Part shown: positions 50,642 through 63,027 of the stretch, one piece after another
Position numbering within the stretch: the first letter of the stretch is position 1
How the letters are laid out: each line of letters begins with the position of its first letter
Assembly: GCF_963921235.1 (NCBI RefSeq)
Contig: NC_086097.1
Span: 121,584,001-121,648,000 of the forward strand
DNA from: Mobula hypostoma
Taxonomy: Eukaryota
Reading direction: 5' to 3'
DNA: 64,000 bases
Translations under genes and position numbers: made by a program
The notes under the pieces: model-generated
Told to the model about the DNA's origin: nothing
The model's input: the letters and a program-made list of their open reading frames with translations, nothing else
Databases searched by the model: none

Positions 50642-51564
50642 AACTTCCAGTTAAGATGGTGTTATCAAAAGCATGTGACAGTTCACTGGCTGTTTAAAAA
50701 AGCAAGAAATTGGACTAAAAACACCACTAAAAACACCTTTCCTGAGGTAAATTGTGTTAAATTATTGCCGTAAATGGTGGAGGGCCAAGCGATGGCGAGG
50801 TGAGTTCGGGGGATGTGCCAAGATGGTGTGTTGCAGAATCAACGTAGATGGAGTGAACATTCAGAGAGGAGATGCCTGTACAACTTGCCCAGATGTGAGA
50901 TTGGATTGCTCTGGGTGCCAAGCTGATTTGAAGAGTTCGAGAGTGGCTTCGGGCTAAGTGGCGAAATATGGGCCTGGGGTGAATTGCTAGGTGACGTGGT
51001 CTAGGCCCCGAGCCCTTCGCAGTGGTAAGGTAGGATCCGCTGTTTAGATAATTTAAACACCAGCCCAGATCAGAGGCAAGAGACGATTTTGCTCACTCTC
51101 CTCGATGTTCATTTCTCTCTCCAGGCCAGCAGGGTCTTTTGCTGTTCTGTTATTTGGGCAATTTAAACGCTGGCCCAGATAGACTGGAAAGACAAGGTGT
51201 CGGGATCTGAGGCAAGAGCTGATTTCGCTTGCTCTTCGTGATGGTCACTCCTTTCTCCATGGCACTTAGGCTATGCAGACTGCCCTGGCTGCTGTGCTCT
51301 GTGCCCTCTAATATGATGAACTGTTAAGTGAGGCTTTAAGCCTGCTTCAGGCTGCTCTGGGGTTTGGATCTTCGGACTCAATTTGGTTCAGAATGTTGTT
51401 GTTCAATTCAACTGTTTGCATGATTTGTATTTTTTTTCTTTCTCTTGCGTATTGAGTGTTGGTCTGTTCTTTATCTTTATTTGGGTTCTCTCAGGTTTCT
51501 TGCTTTGTAACTAACTGTAAGCAACAAATCTTAAGGTCCTTTGATAATAAATGTACTTTGAATC
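50642..51564 (+). mobile_element. Non-coding non-LTR retroposon inserted in a CR1 fragment (50075-51820)
   Basis: 5' acttccagttaagatgg, T-rich body, 3' gataataaatgtactttgaa tail as in Rex/Babar-type 3' ends in this window; the CR1 sequence resumes after it. Confidence 0.55.
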
Positions 51565-51882
51565 AGAGAGGACACCTCAGAATATAAAGGTGCCCGTTTC
51601 GAACAGAGATGAAGAGGAGTTTCTTGGTGATTCTGTGGAATTGATTGCCACAGATTGTTGTGGCCTCCAAGTCACTGGGTATATTTAAAGCAGAGGTTGA
51701 CAGATTCTTGATTAGTAAGGGTGTACAGGGGGAAGGCAGGAGAATGGGGTTGAGAGGGATAATAAATCAGCCATAATGAAAGACTCAATGGGCAGAATGG
51801 CCGACTGTCTTTTGGTCCTGTATATATATATATATTTTATGTAAATACTTAGAGTAAGAAGTTTTGTAGGTTAAATATCGTG

Positions 51883-52163
51883 AAGGCAATGCATGATAGT
51901 ATAGTGGTTAGCATAGTAAATAGTGCTTTACAGTACAAGTAACCGGGGTTCAACACCTGCCGCTGCCTGTAAGGAGTTTGTATGTTCTCCCCATGACTGC
52001 GCGGGGTTCCCCCCACAGTCCAAAGATGTACCGGTCGGTTGGTTAATAGGTCATTGTCAATTGTCCTGTGACTAGGCTAGGGTTAAATCAGTGATTGCTG
52101 GGCGATGCAGATTGAAGGGCCGGAAGGGCCCATTCCTTGTTGTATCTCAATAAATAAATAAAA
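51883..52163 (+). mobile_element. V-SINE (HE1-like)
   Basis: Decayed tRNA head, V-domain gtaaggagtttgtatgttctcccc...acagtccaaaga, (AAAT)n tail; similar fragments at ~28510-28790, 36690-37028, 52760-53068 and 53910-54135 (-). Confidence 0.75.
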
Positions 52164-52196
52164 TAACATTATTTTTCATTTCATTGTTCGTTAAAG

Positions 52197-52287
52197 ATTG
52201 ACAAATGCCAGTTTACTAGAGAAGTGCTTATGGGAGCTGGGAATACCACTGACTCGACCGAGCCATCGTCAGGATATTAAAGTACAG
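52197..52287 (+). CDS. RTTN: Rotatin exon (window exon 7): LTNASLLEKCLWELGIPLTRPSHRQDIKVQ
   Basis: pyrimidine tract with aag acceptor, cag|gtcagt donor, 91 nt; phase 2/0 exactly bridges exons 6 and 8. Confidence 0.85.
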
Positions 52288-53699
52288 GTCAGTCCCATGT
52301 TCATTCCAGGTAAGATCCTTGAAATTAGTAAAAGGATATTTCTTGGGAATTTTTACTACTAACATGTTCTACATTTTAACCACTATAACACTATTCATCC
52401 GAGAAACATGCATGTTGTCTAAGCAAGATCCTGTGAGCCTCATTATTACTGTTCACTGCAACAGTTACTACTTTCTTTCTGTGGCTTGCAAAGTTCCACT
52501 GCTTAAATACTCAGTTTCTCAGTTCTTGTTAATTACAAAACTTTCAGTTTTCAGACTTCATCATTTCTCAATTATTCTGCCATTCCCACTCGATTTTTGG
52601 AATGACTGCATCACATCCAAGTCAAACTTGTTTCTTTTAAATTCCTGCTTCTTAGTGATATCACTTCACCAGCTGCAGAATTCAAGATTCATATTAACAT
52701 GTAGCAGTAAAACTTGTGTTCTCTTACTATCATGAATGTTTATCTTCACACAGCTTTAAAGATTAGATTTGTTTGTCATGTCTACATCGAAACAAAGGTA
52801 CGTACAATGAAACGCGCCACTGTGTCAAAACATATCAGCAAGAATTATGCTGGGGGCAACCGCAAGTGTTGCCACGCTTCCGGCACCAGCATGGCATGTC
52901 TACAACACACTAATCCTAACAGTACATCTTTGGAACGTGAGAGGTAACTGGAGCACTCAATGCAGTCACAGGGAAAATATATGATCACCTTACAGGCAGC
53001 AGTGGGAATCGAACCCCGATCGGTGCTTGCTGTAGAGGAATTGCACCAACCAGTATGCTACCGTGCCAATCTGACATTAACTTTACAAGTTACTGTCAGT
53101 ACAAAGGTGTATCAACTTGGAACTTGTTGTGCAAAGCAAAATGCGTTAGCTGGACGTTGTTAACTATGAGTGCAACTGAGTAGACATTGCACAACATTCT
53201 TAATCAAAAATGTTCCTTTCAGAAGTCTGTTGAGTAGGGGGAAGTGTGATTGGAAGTTGAAGTCTTTGGGTCTGAAGAGTGAAAGATCTCATGTTTAGCG
53301 TGGAGGGATTTGAAAGTGAGGTCTGGTGATGGAATATAGAACGAAGGCAAGTATCACCCAAGCTCACGTGCAGTGGTGCTTTATGTATTCTGGGTGAGAA
53401 AACCACTTCCGGCCACAAGAGTGCTGATTGTCCAGAAATACAGAAACAAATAACCAAAGTGGTGTGAAGTAACACAGAAATAATTACCATCCCACTTTAC
53501 TCAGTGGGTTAGGAAGAGGGAGCGTGATTGGGGAAAGCTTTTTGATCACATAGTTTTGACAAAAACAAACCTCATTTCACCGCATTGAGTGTCAATCCAA
53601 GATTTGGTCTCTTGATTGTGCAGTCTGAGGTTCCCACCTGGGGTTGAAAAAGGCATCTGCCTCAATGACTCTTGACCTGTAACACTCACATCAATCACC

Positions 53700-54780
53700 T
53701 CTTGCTTTAGAGATGATCAGGATCCGCTCCAATGCCATCTTCAAATATATCGACAGTACTGCTGATGTTGGACGAATCACAGGGGGCAATAAGTCATTTT
53801 AGAGATAGACACCTAGTTGAGTGGAGCCTCAACCACAACCTCTCACTCAGTGTAGCTGAACTTAAGAGCTGATTGTTGACTTCAGGAATAGGAAGCAAGG
53901 TGAACATTTTTTATTTATTTTATTTTAACGATGCAGTCTAACGAGCCTCACTGCCCAGTTAATCACAGGACAGTTTACAATGACCAATTAACCAGTGCAT
54001 CTCTTGGACTGTGGGAGGAAACAGGAAACCCATGTGGTCACAGGGAGAACGTACAAATTCCTTATGGATGGTGTTGGAACTCTGAAGCATCCAGAGCTGT
54101 AATAGCATCGTGCTAACTGCTACGCTACTCTGGCACCCGCACTTACGGTTTGCCTTGGGGGATCCGCGATGGAAAGAGTCAGCAGTTTTAAATTCATGAG
54201 CTTTAACATATCAAATGGCCTGTCCTGAGCCCAGCATATAGATGCAATCGTACAGAAAAGTGCACCAGCATCTTTACTTTCTTAGGGGGTTAAGGAGATT
54301 ACACTTCTCACTGAAGACTCTAACGTACTTCTACAGATGCATTATTGAAAGTATTTTGACTGGTTGCATTGTGATACGGTTTGGTAATTTGAATACATGG
54401 GAATGCTAGAAGCTACAAAGGATTAAAGATCAACTTTGCCATTTACATTTACCAATATTAGGAATTTGTGAGTAGTGGACTCTATCCCAACACATCACAG
54501 GCGCATTCTTCCTCACTATTGGTAATAACCACTGGAGGTGCTGCCTCAAGAAGGTGATATTGACCATCAAAGATTCCCACCATCTGGCCCATGCCATTAG
54601 GCAGGCGATACAGAAATCTGAGGTCCCACACCAGATTTAAGAACGGCTACTTCCCTTCAACCGTTTGGTTTTTGAACCAACTGGCAAAACCTTAGTCCCT
54701 CTAAATTAGCAATACTATGACCACTGATTACTTTTCACTAAAATAGATTTCAGTTTTGGTTCCAATTGCATACTTTCTTA
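53700..54780 (+). mobile_element. Decayed Rex/Babar-type LINE 3' part with a nested SINE fragment
   Basis: Remnants alignable by eye to 8300-8990. Confidence 0.55.
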
Positions 54781-55444
54781 TAAAAATAATGTATCATTTA
54801 TAAACCAGGGAAAATTTGCAGACACTGGAAATCTAAGCAACATGCGCAAAATGCTGGAGTAACTTAGCAGGCCAGGCAGCACCTATGGAAGAAAGTACAG
54901 TCGACGTTTCCGGCCAAAAGCCTTCAACAGGACTGCTAAAGGGTCTCGGCCCGAAACATTGAGTGTACTCCTTTTCATGTATAATTTATACTTCATTTAT
55001 GTTTTTTTTCTTGTGAATACTGCCCAAATGATGCAATGTGGGGCTGCTGCAGCAAGTTTTTCGTTGCATTTGTATATATGACAGTAAACTCAACTTTGAC
55101 TGAATTATTTCCAGAAGTAAACACAGTTCTTACCCATCTTGTGACTTTGTTCTTTGATTGTTATGAGCAGGAAATGCAAATCAAAAGTTACCTTTTGCAC
55201 TGAATTTTGCATTTAGGGTAATTCTCAAAGTTTTAAACTCCTCACCCCACCACACACCCTCACCTTGTAATTGGTTAAAGTGGTAAAATAAATGTGATCC
55301 TGAACTTACTTTTGCATAAGTACTTTAACAAATTGTCAACTCTTTGAATGGCACAGCTAAGAGTATATTGATTATTTTTTTAAAGTAGATTGTAATCACT
55401 CAGATTTGTTGTGTGACATAAGTAATTATTATTTTTCTGTGCAG

Positions 55445-55598
55445 GTATTGAGCCACCTTCAGTATCTATCCTCGCTTTCTGGGTTAATCCAGTCCTGTGT
55501 AATCCTGCATCCAGAGCTCATAAACCAAGATGTCTTGTTGAAGCCTTTGTTGTCTAATGCATTTGCAGTACTTTGTATACGCTGCAAAGATTATTTTG
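55445..55598 (+). CDS. RTTN: Rotatin exon (window exon 8): VLSHLQYLSSLSGLIQSCVILHPELINQDVLLKPLLSNAFAVLCIRCKDYF
   Basis: tttttctgtgcag acceptor, gtaata donor, 154 nt, phase 0/1; YLSSLS.L.QSC motif. Confidence 0.93.
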
Positions 55599-56489
55599 GT
55601 AATATACTTTCATTTCTTGTCTTCAGTTTCCTTTTCCCTACAAATATGTATGCCCCTTTTTTCTAGGAACATAGAAACTATTTTATGCTGTTTTCATTAC
55701 TGCTTTTGTTAGAGAAAATCAAATTGTGTTCAATTGTGAGGAGGTAGCCTGGAAAATACTTTGTTATTTTTCATAGTTTTCTTTTAAAACATCGTTTCAT
55801 CTGGTGCCTTTATCATGGCAAAAGTGTCCTTTGCGGGTTTGGGTCACAGAGCTTGGATACAGGCCCTTTGGTCCATTATATCCATGCTAACAATTCTCCT
55901 TCCTCCAGCTTTTCCCAAGTTTATTTGATTGATCTCTTCTCTGCACCACCACTGATACCAAAATAACATTACATTTGTGAGGGTGATTCACAACAGGAAG
56001 CCAACATTAGGAAAGATGATTTGGTGAATGTGAGTCATTTTTTTGAAGACCTTAAGACCAATTAGAGGTTGAAATGTGCAAATACAGTGCAAAAATACTG
56101 ATGTGTTCATGGTTCACTGTCCATTCAGAAATCTGTTATCAGAGGGGAAGAAGCTGTTCCTAAAATTTTGAGTGTTTGTCTTTAGGCTCCTGTACCTCCT
56201 CCCTGATGGTAGAAAGAAGATTTTCTTTATTTCTTTGATGGAGGGGATATGGGGATATAAAGCAACCATTTTCTCCCAGTAAAAAGCTCAACAACTAGGT
56301 ATATAGGTGGTAGAAGGATTAAAGGGAAGTTAAGAAGAAATTATTTTACCAAGTGTGCAGTCAACCAGGCTGTGGTCTGGATCCCACTCCTGAAAGGGTG
56401 GTGGGGGCAAAATTCTACAAGACATTATTACAGAGTTCTTGAATGTGTAGCTCCAAGCCTCCAAGCAAAAGCTGCAAAGTGCATGATGT

Positions 56490-58936
56490 ATACTCAGTGA
56501 CCACTTCATTAAGTCCACTTTAGAGGGACCTGAAGGCCAGGATCAGGGAGGCCAAAGACAGGTACAGGAGGAAGCTTGAGTGGAAACTCCAGCAGAACAA
56601 CATGAGAGAGGTCTGGAGTGGGATGAGGACCATCACTGGGTTCCGGCAAACTAGCAACAGAGGAGCTGAAGGCAGTGTGGACAGGGCCAACAAACTTAAC
56701 CTGTTCTTTAACAGATTTGACATTGTGGCCCCTGCCACTCCCCCACATGATTCATCTGTTGTCGGCCCCCAACCAACACATATTCTGCTCTCCCCTCCTA
56801 CCTCTCCTCACAGTCCCCCATCCTGCTCTCATGACTATACCCCTTCCCCACATGAAACCACCACGGTGAGCTTCACAGCTGAACAGGTGAGAAGACAGCT
56901 GAAACGTCTCAACCCAAGCAAGGCTGCAGGACCAGATCGTGTCAGTACCAGGGTGCTCAAAGCCTGTGCCCCTCAACTATGTGGAGTACTTCGCCATGTA
57001 TTCAACATGAGCCTGAGGCTCCAGAGGTTTCCTGTATTGTGGTAGACGTCCTGCCTCGTCCCTGTGCTGAAGACGCTGCGGCCCAGGGGCCTCAATGACT
57101 ACAGACCGGTGGCATTGACCTCCCACATCATGAAGACCCTGGAGAGACTTGTTCTGGAGCTGCTCCGGCCTATGGTCAGGCCACACTTAGATCCCCTCCA
57201 GTTCGCCTACCAGCCCCGACTAGGAGTTGAGGATGCCATCGTCTACCTGCTGAACCGTGTCTACTCCCACCTGGACAGGCCAGCGAGCACTGTGAGGGTC
57301 ATGTTTTTTGACTTCTCCAGTGCGTTCAACACCATCCGCCCTGCTCTGCTGGGGGAGAAGCTGACAGCAATGCAGGTGGATGCTTTCCTGGTGTCATGGA
57401 TTCTTGATTACTTGACTGGCAGACCACAGTACGTGTGCTTGCAACGGTGTGTGTCCGACAGAGTGATCAGCAGCACTGGGGCTCCACAGGGGACTGTCTT
57501 GTCTCCCTTTCTCTTCACCATTTACACCTCGGACTTCAACTACTGCACAGAGTCTTGTCATCTTCAGAAGTTTTCTGATGACTCTGCCATAGTTGGATGC
57601 ATCAGCAAGGGAGATGAGGCTGAGTACAGGGCTATGGTAGGAAACTTTGTCTCATGGTGTGAGCAGAATTATCTGCAGCTTAATGTGAAAAAGACTAAAG
57701 AGCTGGTGGTAGACCTGAGGAGAGCTAAGGCACCGGTGACCCTTGTTTCCATCCAGGGGTTCAGTGTGGACATGGTGGAGGATTACAAATACCTGGGGAT
57801 ACGAATTGACAATAAACTGGACTGGTGTCAGAACACTGAGGCTGTCTACAAGAAGGGTCAGAGCCGTCTCTATTTCCTGAGGAAACTGAGGTCCTTTAAC
57901 ATCTGTCGGATGATGCTGAGGATGTTCTACGAGTCTGTGGTGGCCAGTGCGATCGTGTTTGCTGTTGTGTGCTGGGGCAGCAGGCTGAGGGTAGCAGACA
58001 TCAACAGAATCAACATACTGATTCGTAAGGCCAGTGATGTTGTGGGGATGGAACTGGACTCTCTCACGGTGGTGTCTGAAAGGAGGATGCTGTCCAAGTT
58101 GCATGCCATCTTGGACAATGTCTCCCATCCACTACATAATGTAGTGGGTGGGCACAGGAGTACATTCAGCCAGAGACTCATTCCACCGACATGCAACACA
58201 GAGCGTCGCATTCCTGCACATGGCCATCAAACTTTACAACTCCTCCCTTGGAGGGTCAGAAACCCTGAGCCAATAGGCTGGTCCTGGACTTATTTCCTGG
58301 CCTAATTTACATATTACTATTTAATTATTTATGGCTATATTACTATTTAATTATTTATGGTGCAACTGTAACGATAACCAATTTCCCTCAGGATCAAAGT
58401 ATGACTATGACTAAAGTGGTCATTTAGTGCATGTTCATGGTCTTCTGCTGCTGTAGCCCATCCACTTCAAAGTTCGCCATGTTGTGCGTTCAGAGATGCA
58501 CTTCTGTACACCGCTGTTGGAGTGTGTGGTTATTTGACTTACTGTCATCTTCCTGTCAGCTTGAACCAGCCTGGCCATTTTCCTCTCTCCTCTCTCTTTA
58601 ACAGAACATTTTCACCCGCAGAACTGCCGTTCACTATATATTTTTGTTTTCACACAATTCTCTATAAACTCTAGAGTTTGTTTTGTGTGAAAACCGCAGG
58701 AGATCAGCAGTTTCTGAAATATTCAACCATACCGTCTGGCACCAACAATCATTCCACAGTCAAAGTTACTTAGATCACATTTCCTTCCCATTTTAATGTT
58801 TGGCCTAAAGAAATACTGAACCTTTTGACCAGGTCTGTATGCTTTTATGCATTGAGTTGCTGCCACATGATTGGCTGATTAGATATTTGCATTAACGAGC
58901 AGGTGTACAGGTGTCTAATAAGGTGGCTACTGAATG
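56490..58936 (-). mobile_element. Tc1/mariner-type MITE split by a LINE insertion
   Basis: Terminal motif at 56490; remainder at 58413-58936 ending gtggctactgaatg|TA. Confidence 0.7.
56523..58412 (+). mobile_element. 5'-truncated Rex1/Babar-type LINE; RT largely open, one in-frame stop at 57043
   Basis: [41 protein letters not shown]; tail aaagtatgactatgact. Confidence 0.9.
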
Positions 58937-59181
58937 TATAATCGTTCCTGTATTGTAAATTTCAATTTTTTTAACCAGCTGACCACTACTTCATTAAGCA
59001 GATTAACATCTTTATTGGGATCTGGGTACTTTAACCATAAACATTATCAAAGAAATTTACATAAATGGGTTGAAGTAAGAACATTACATTATTATTAGTA
59101 ATAGCAGTTAATGACTAGAATTTCTATTTTAAAATTAATAATTCTTTTTAGTGCCAATCTAATTATTATCTTTGTTTTCAG

Positions 59182-59319
59182 GCTATGAAGTAACATCTGG
59201 CATCTACCAAGCTTGGATGGACTTATTTATTCTTTTGATTACAATTCTACGGAAGTGTGGTCAGGCTGTATTCCCTGCTGTCGTAACTGCTGTGGCAAAG
59301 CAGTGGGTTCCTCTCTTAG
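59182..59319 (+). CDS. RTTN: Rotatin exon (window exon 9): (G)YEVTSGIYQAWMDLFILLITILRKCGQAVFPAVVTAVAKQWVPLL
   Basis: tttgttttcag acceptor, gtaatg donor, 138 nt, phase 1/1. Confidence 0.92.
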
Positions 59320-60264
59320 GTAATGTAACCCAGCTAATCTGTACATACTCACTTTTCAGGAGAATAAGCCCTCCCCATGGTTACTACATTAACCACAATT
59401 GTCATTGCAACGTCTCCATGTACATGCCTTGACATGGAATGAATCTGACATACATTTGAATTGCTGAACCAAATCCTGATTCCCACACAATAGTTTTCCT
59501 CATTTTTTATTCACATTAACAGTTCTAATGTTACAAACAGCTCAGGTGAAGTTCCTTTTTGTTTCAAGATTCAAGATTTTTTAATGTCATTTCTAGTACA
59601 CAAGTGTAAAAGAGAAGGAAATAATTATTTCTCCAGATCTGATGCAGCACAAAAACATTCCACAAAATAAACAGCATAATAATTTAAAAGCGCACACAAT
59701 TAATATAAATACATAAAATGTCATATGTTGATTGCATGAATGTACATAAGGTATCACTAAGCACAAGGGTGTCTGTACATAAGGTGGCTGACAGGAAATT
59801 ATAAAGTAGTGGTGATGGAGGTGCGAAAGGGTGGGTTAGTGAGGGAGGTGTCGATCATCCTTGTTGGCAGGTAAGCTGATGCTGGTGTTGTGTTTGGCAG
59901 TTTTGACTGACTGTTGTAGAGCCTTCCTGTCTACGGAAGTGGTTTCCGTACCAAGCAGTGATGCAGCATTGTTAAGATGCCCCCCACTGTACATCTGTAG
60001 AATGACCTGAGTATAGATGTGCATAGTCCAGCCTCCTTAGAAAGTAGTTATCACCAGTTTATGTGTCTGAGAAATTTGCTTTTATGGGGCACATGTCACC
60101 CCATGTTATTTTCCACAATGTAACATAGTAACCAATTTAGAGACACAACATTGAAGCTCATGACTACAGATCTGAAGACTAGCTTCCTTTTGAACAAATC
60201 AGGTACATCTAGATAGTAAATTGCTAACAGTGGACCCTTTATGGCTCTGATTAGTTCTACTGTG

Positions 60265-60510
60265 GGGGCGATATGTTTGCATAGCTGTTAGTGTAACCCT
60301 GTTACCGTGCCAGTGGCCTGGGTTCAATTCCCACCACAGTTTGTACGTTCTCTCTGTGATCACAAGGGTTTCCTCCAGGTGCTCTGCTTTTCTCCCGTTG
60401 TCCAAAGACATATGGGTTAGTAGGTTAATTGGTTACATGAGTGTAATTAGGCGGTGTGTACTCAATGGGCTAGCAGGGCCTGCTACCGTGCTGTATCTCT
60501 AAATCTAAAT
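60265..60510 (+). mobile_element. V-SINE (HE1-like)
   Basis: gggttcaattcc B box, V-domain, CR1-like tail ctgtatctctaaatctaaa. Confidence 0.7.
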
Positions 60511-60948
60511 TGAAAATTTAATCCCATACATAAAATATCCTGTATCATATTCCTCTGCTTTTCCTAAAGTACATCATTATAGGCTTCTGGAATATAAAGT
60601 ATCACTGTAGTGTTATAACTTAATATGGTTTATGATTTGTTGTCTCAGTCATCAGATGCCCATGAGTACAGGAACATCTGTTCTGTTGTTAAAATGATTT
60701 GTATCATTTCATTGCTTATAACGCGAATGGTGGTACTTTATACTATGTTGATAATTACGACAGGAAATTGAAAACAAGATGAAAAATTTTATTGTAACGC
60801 CTGCAAATGCTGGAGGAACTCAGCAGGTCAGGCAGCATCTGTGCAGTCTACGCTTCGGGCTGAGACCCTTCATCAGGACAGGAAAGGAAGGGGGAAGAAG
60901 CCTGAATAAGAAGGTGGGGGGGAGGGAAAGGAGAACATACTAGAAGGT

Positions 60949-61164
60949 AAACAACAGGAATTCTGCAGATGCTGGAAATTCAAGCAACATACATCAAAGT
61001 TGCTGGTGAACGCAGCAGGCCAAGCAGCATCTATAGGAAGAGGCGCAGTCGACGTTTCGTCAGGACTAGTCCTGACGAAGGGTCTCGGCCTGAAACGTCG
61101 ACTGCGCCTCTTCCTATAGATGCTGCTTGGCCTGCTGCGTTCACCAGCAACTTTGATGTATGTT
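60949..61164. mobile_element. 216-bp palindromic mini Penelope-like insertion
   Basis: 14-bp TSD acatactagaaggt (60935-60948; 61165-61178); arms match the pLTR of 24339-27786; central 24-bp perfect palindrome 61056-61079. Confidence 0.92.
61068..61103 (+). ncRNA. Minimal type I hammerhead ribozyme (PLE-associated)
   Basis: Identical to 27653-27688. Confidence 0.8.
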
Positions 61165-62272
61165 ACATACTAGAAGGTGATAGGTGAAGCCACTTGAGGG
61201 GGAAGGTAGATGGATGAGGGAGGGGGGAATGAAATGAGAAGCTGGGATATGATAGGTGGAAAAGGTAAAGGGCTGAAGAAGAAGGAAACTCATTGGAGAG
61301 GATAGTGGGCCATGGAAATAAGGGAAGGAGGAAAGGCCCTTGGAAATAAGGAAAGGAGGAAAGAGGTGATGGACAGATTAGGAAAAGAAAAAGGGGTAAG
61401 AGAAGAAACAGAATAGGGAATGGAAAAAGAAATATGGTGGAATCAATGTTCATGCGGTCAGGTTGAAGACTATGCAGACAGAATAGATGTTGTTCCTTTG
61501 ACCTAGAAGTGGCCTCATCATGGCAGTTAGAGGGTTCACGGATCTACTTGTCAGAATGGAAATGGAGAGTAGAATTTAAAAAGTTGCCCACTAGGAAATC
61601 CTCCCTGTTACGGATGGACCAAAGGAGCTCAATAAAGCTAATGTGAATGTCATGTTTGCAAATTTCTTTTTGAGAATATTTTGTTTTCATATCTAAAATG
61701 ACATTCACAGGATGAAGGTCACAAACAAGAGAAAACCTACAGATGCTGGAAATCCGAGTAACAGACACAAAATGCTGCAGGAACTCAGCAGGCCAGGCAG
61801 CATTAATGAAAAAGAGTACATTCGATGTTTGGGTTTGGTCCAAAACATCAACTGTACTTTTTTTCACAGGATGAAGGTCCAGTGTTTACAATTATGCAAA
61901 ACATAACAACCGAATCTTCCCTCCTCTTATTCAGTGTATGCGACCAACCAGTTTCAAGCCTTGCATAGTGATGTAAAGAGAAAACACTTGCTGATACCTG
62001 CCTTGCAGATTCCTGTTAACTGGTGTGGGAGAAGTTTGTCTGAGGCTGCCAGTGCTAAATGCTTGTAAGAACACCAACCATATGTTGACTTAAGTGGAAT
62101 CTGAATGCGCAGAGAAGCTAATATTGTCGGAGGCGTTTAACTCCAACAAGACATGAATTTCTCTCTGAGTCATTTAACTTTTCCAATCTTTCAACTAATA
62201 CAATGTTTTAATGCTTTTGCTGCAAGAATTCAGTTTGTCTTTTTTTAAAACAAGTATCTCTTTGTCTTTTAG

Positions 62273-62484
62273 AGACTATTTCCTTGTGCATTCAGCTGTC
62301 TACCATCAATCCTAGTCTGTATACAGTGTCCTTGCAGTTCTTCTCTCTTCTTCTGGTGGAAGAGGGAAAGCGGCAGCTTGGAGCAGAAGGTCAACCACTC
62401 ATGTCTCCTTCACTTACAAAGCTTCTGGATGAAGCTGAAGATGATGTATCATCAGGGAGCAAGATCTGTGAGAACATATTACAG
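62273..62484 (+). CDS. RTTN: Rotatin exon (window exon 10): (E)TISLCIQLSTINPSLYTVSLQFFSLLLVEEGKRQLGAEGQPLMSPSLTKLLDEAEDDVSSGSKICENILQ
   Basis: tttgtcttttag acceptor, cag|gtattc donor, 212 nt, phase 1/0; LYT.SLQF.S.LL.EE motif. Confidence 0.93.
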
Positions 62485-63027
62485 GTATTCTGAAATAATA
62501 CAACACAATACATTCATTGTAATTATTTTGAATGTGTTAAGAATCCAAGCTAAAGTATTCAATTTCTATTTAAACTTAGAAGTGAATTACTGTATTGCAA
62601 CATGTCATTTGGAGGCTTCTTAAACATTAGAATAAAGATATTTAGACTCAGATTGAGATTTAAGGGGAACATATAATGAAATGCGTCATTTGTGTTAACA
62701 ACCAACACACCCAAGGATGTGCTGGGGGCAGCCCATAAGTGTTTCCGCACTTTCCGCCACCAGTCATACTCGACAGAACATGACAAAACAGAACACAATA
62801 AGCAACTGAACAACAACAGTGAAACAAGCCGTTTCTCCCTCCCACTCATATACCCACGTGCACACATAGTCCTCCAACACCAAGAGTTGAACTTTGATCA
62901 TTATTTTTACCAAACTTTTCATTTAAAACACTAAAGCATTGTTAGGTTTAAGAATTGCCAGGAAATTCACTCATCATCTTCAGTGTATGAGACTCCATTA
63001 GTTAGATATCTGGTTTCTCTTCATAAA

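Larger units (their letters stand above)
60800..61625 (-). mobile_element. Old Penelope-like 3' fragment interrupted by a young mini-insertion
   Basis: pLTR and decayed hammerhead at ~60845-60880; endonuclease C-terminal remnant (MNIDS) at ~61450-61620. Confidence 0.75.

Noticed and set aside
52319..52735. 138-aa ORF after exon 7
   Set aside because: AT-rich intronic sequence, non-ATG start, no recognisable motif
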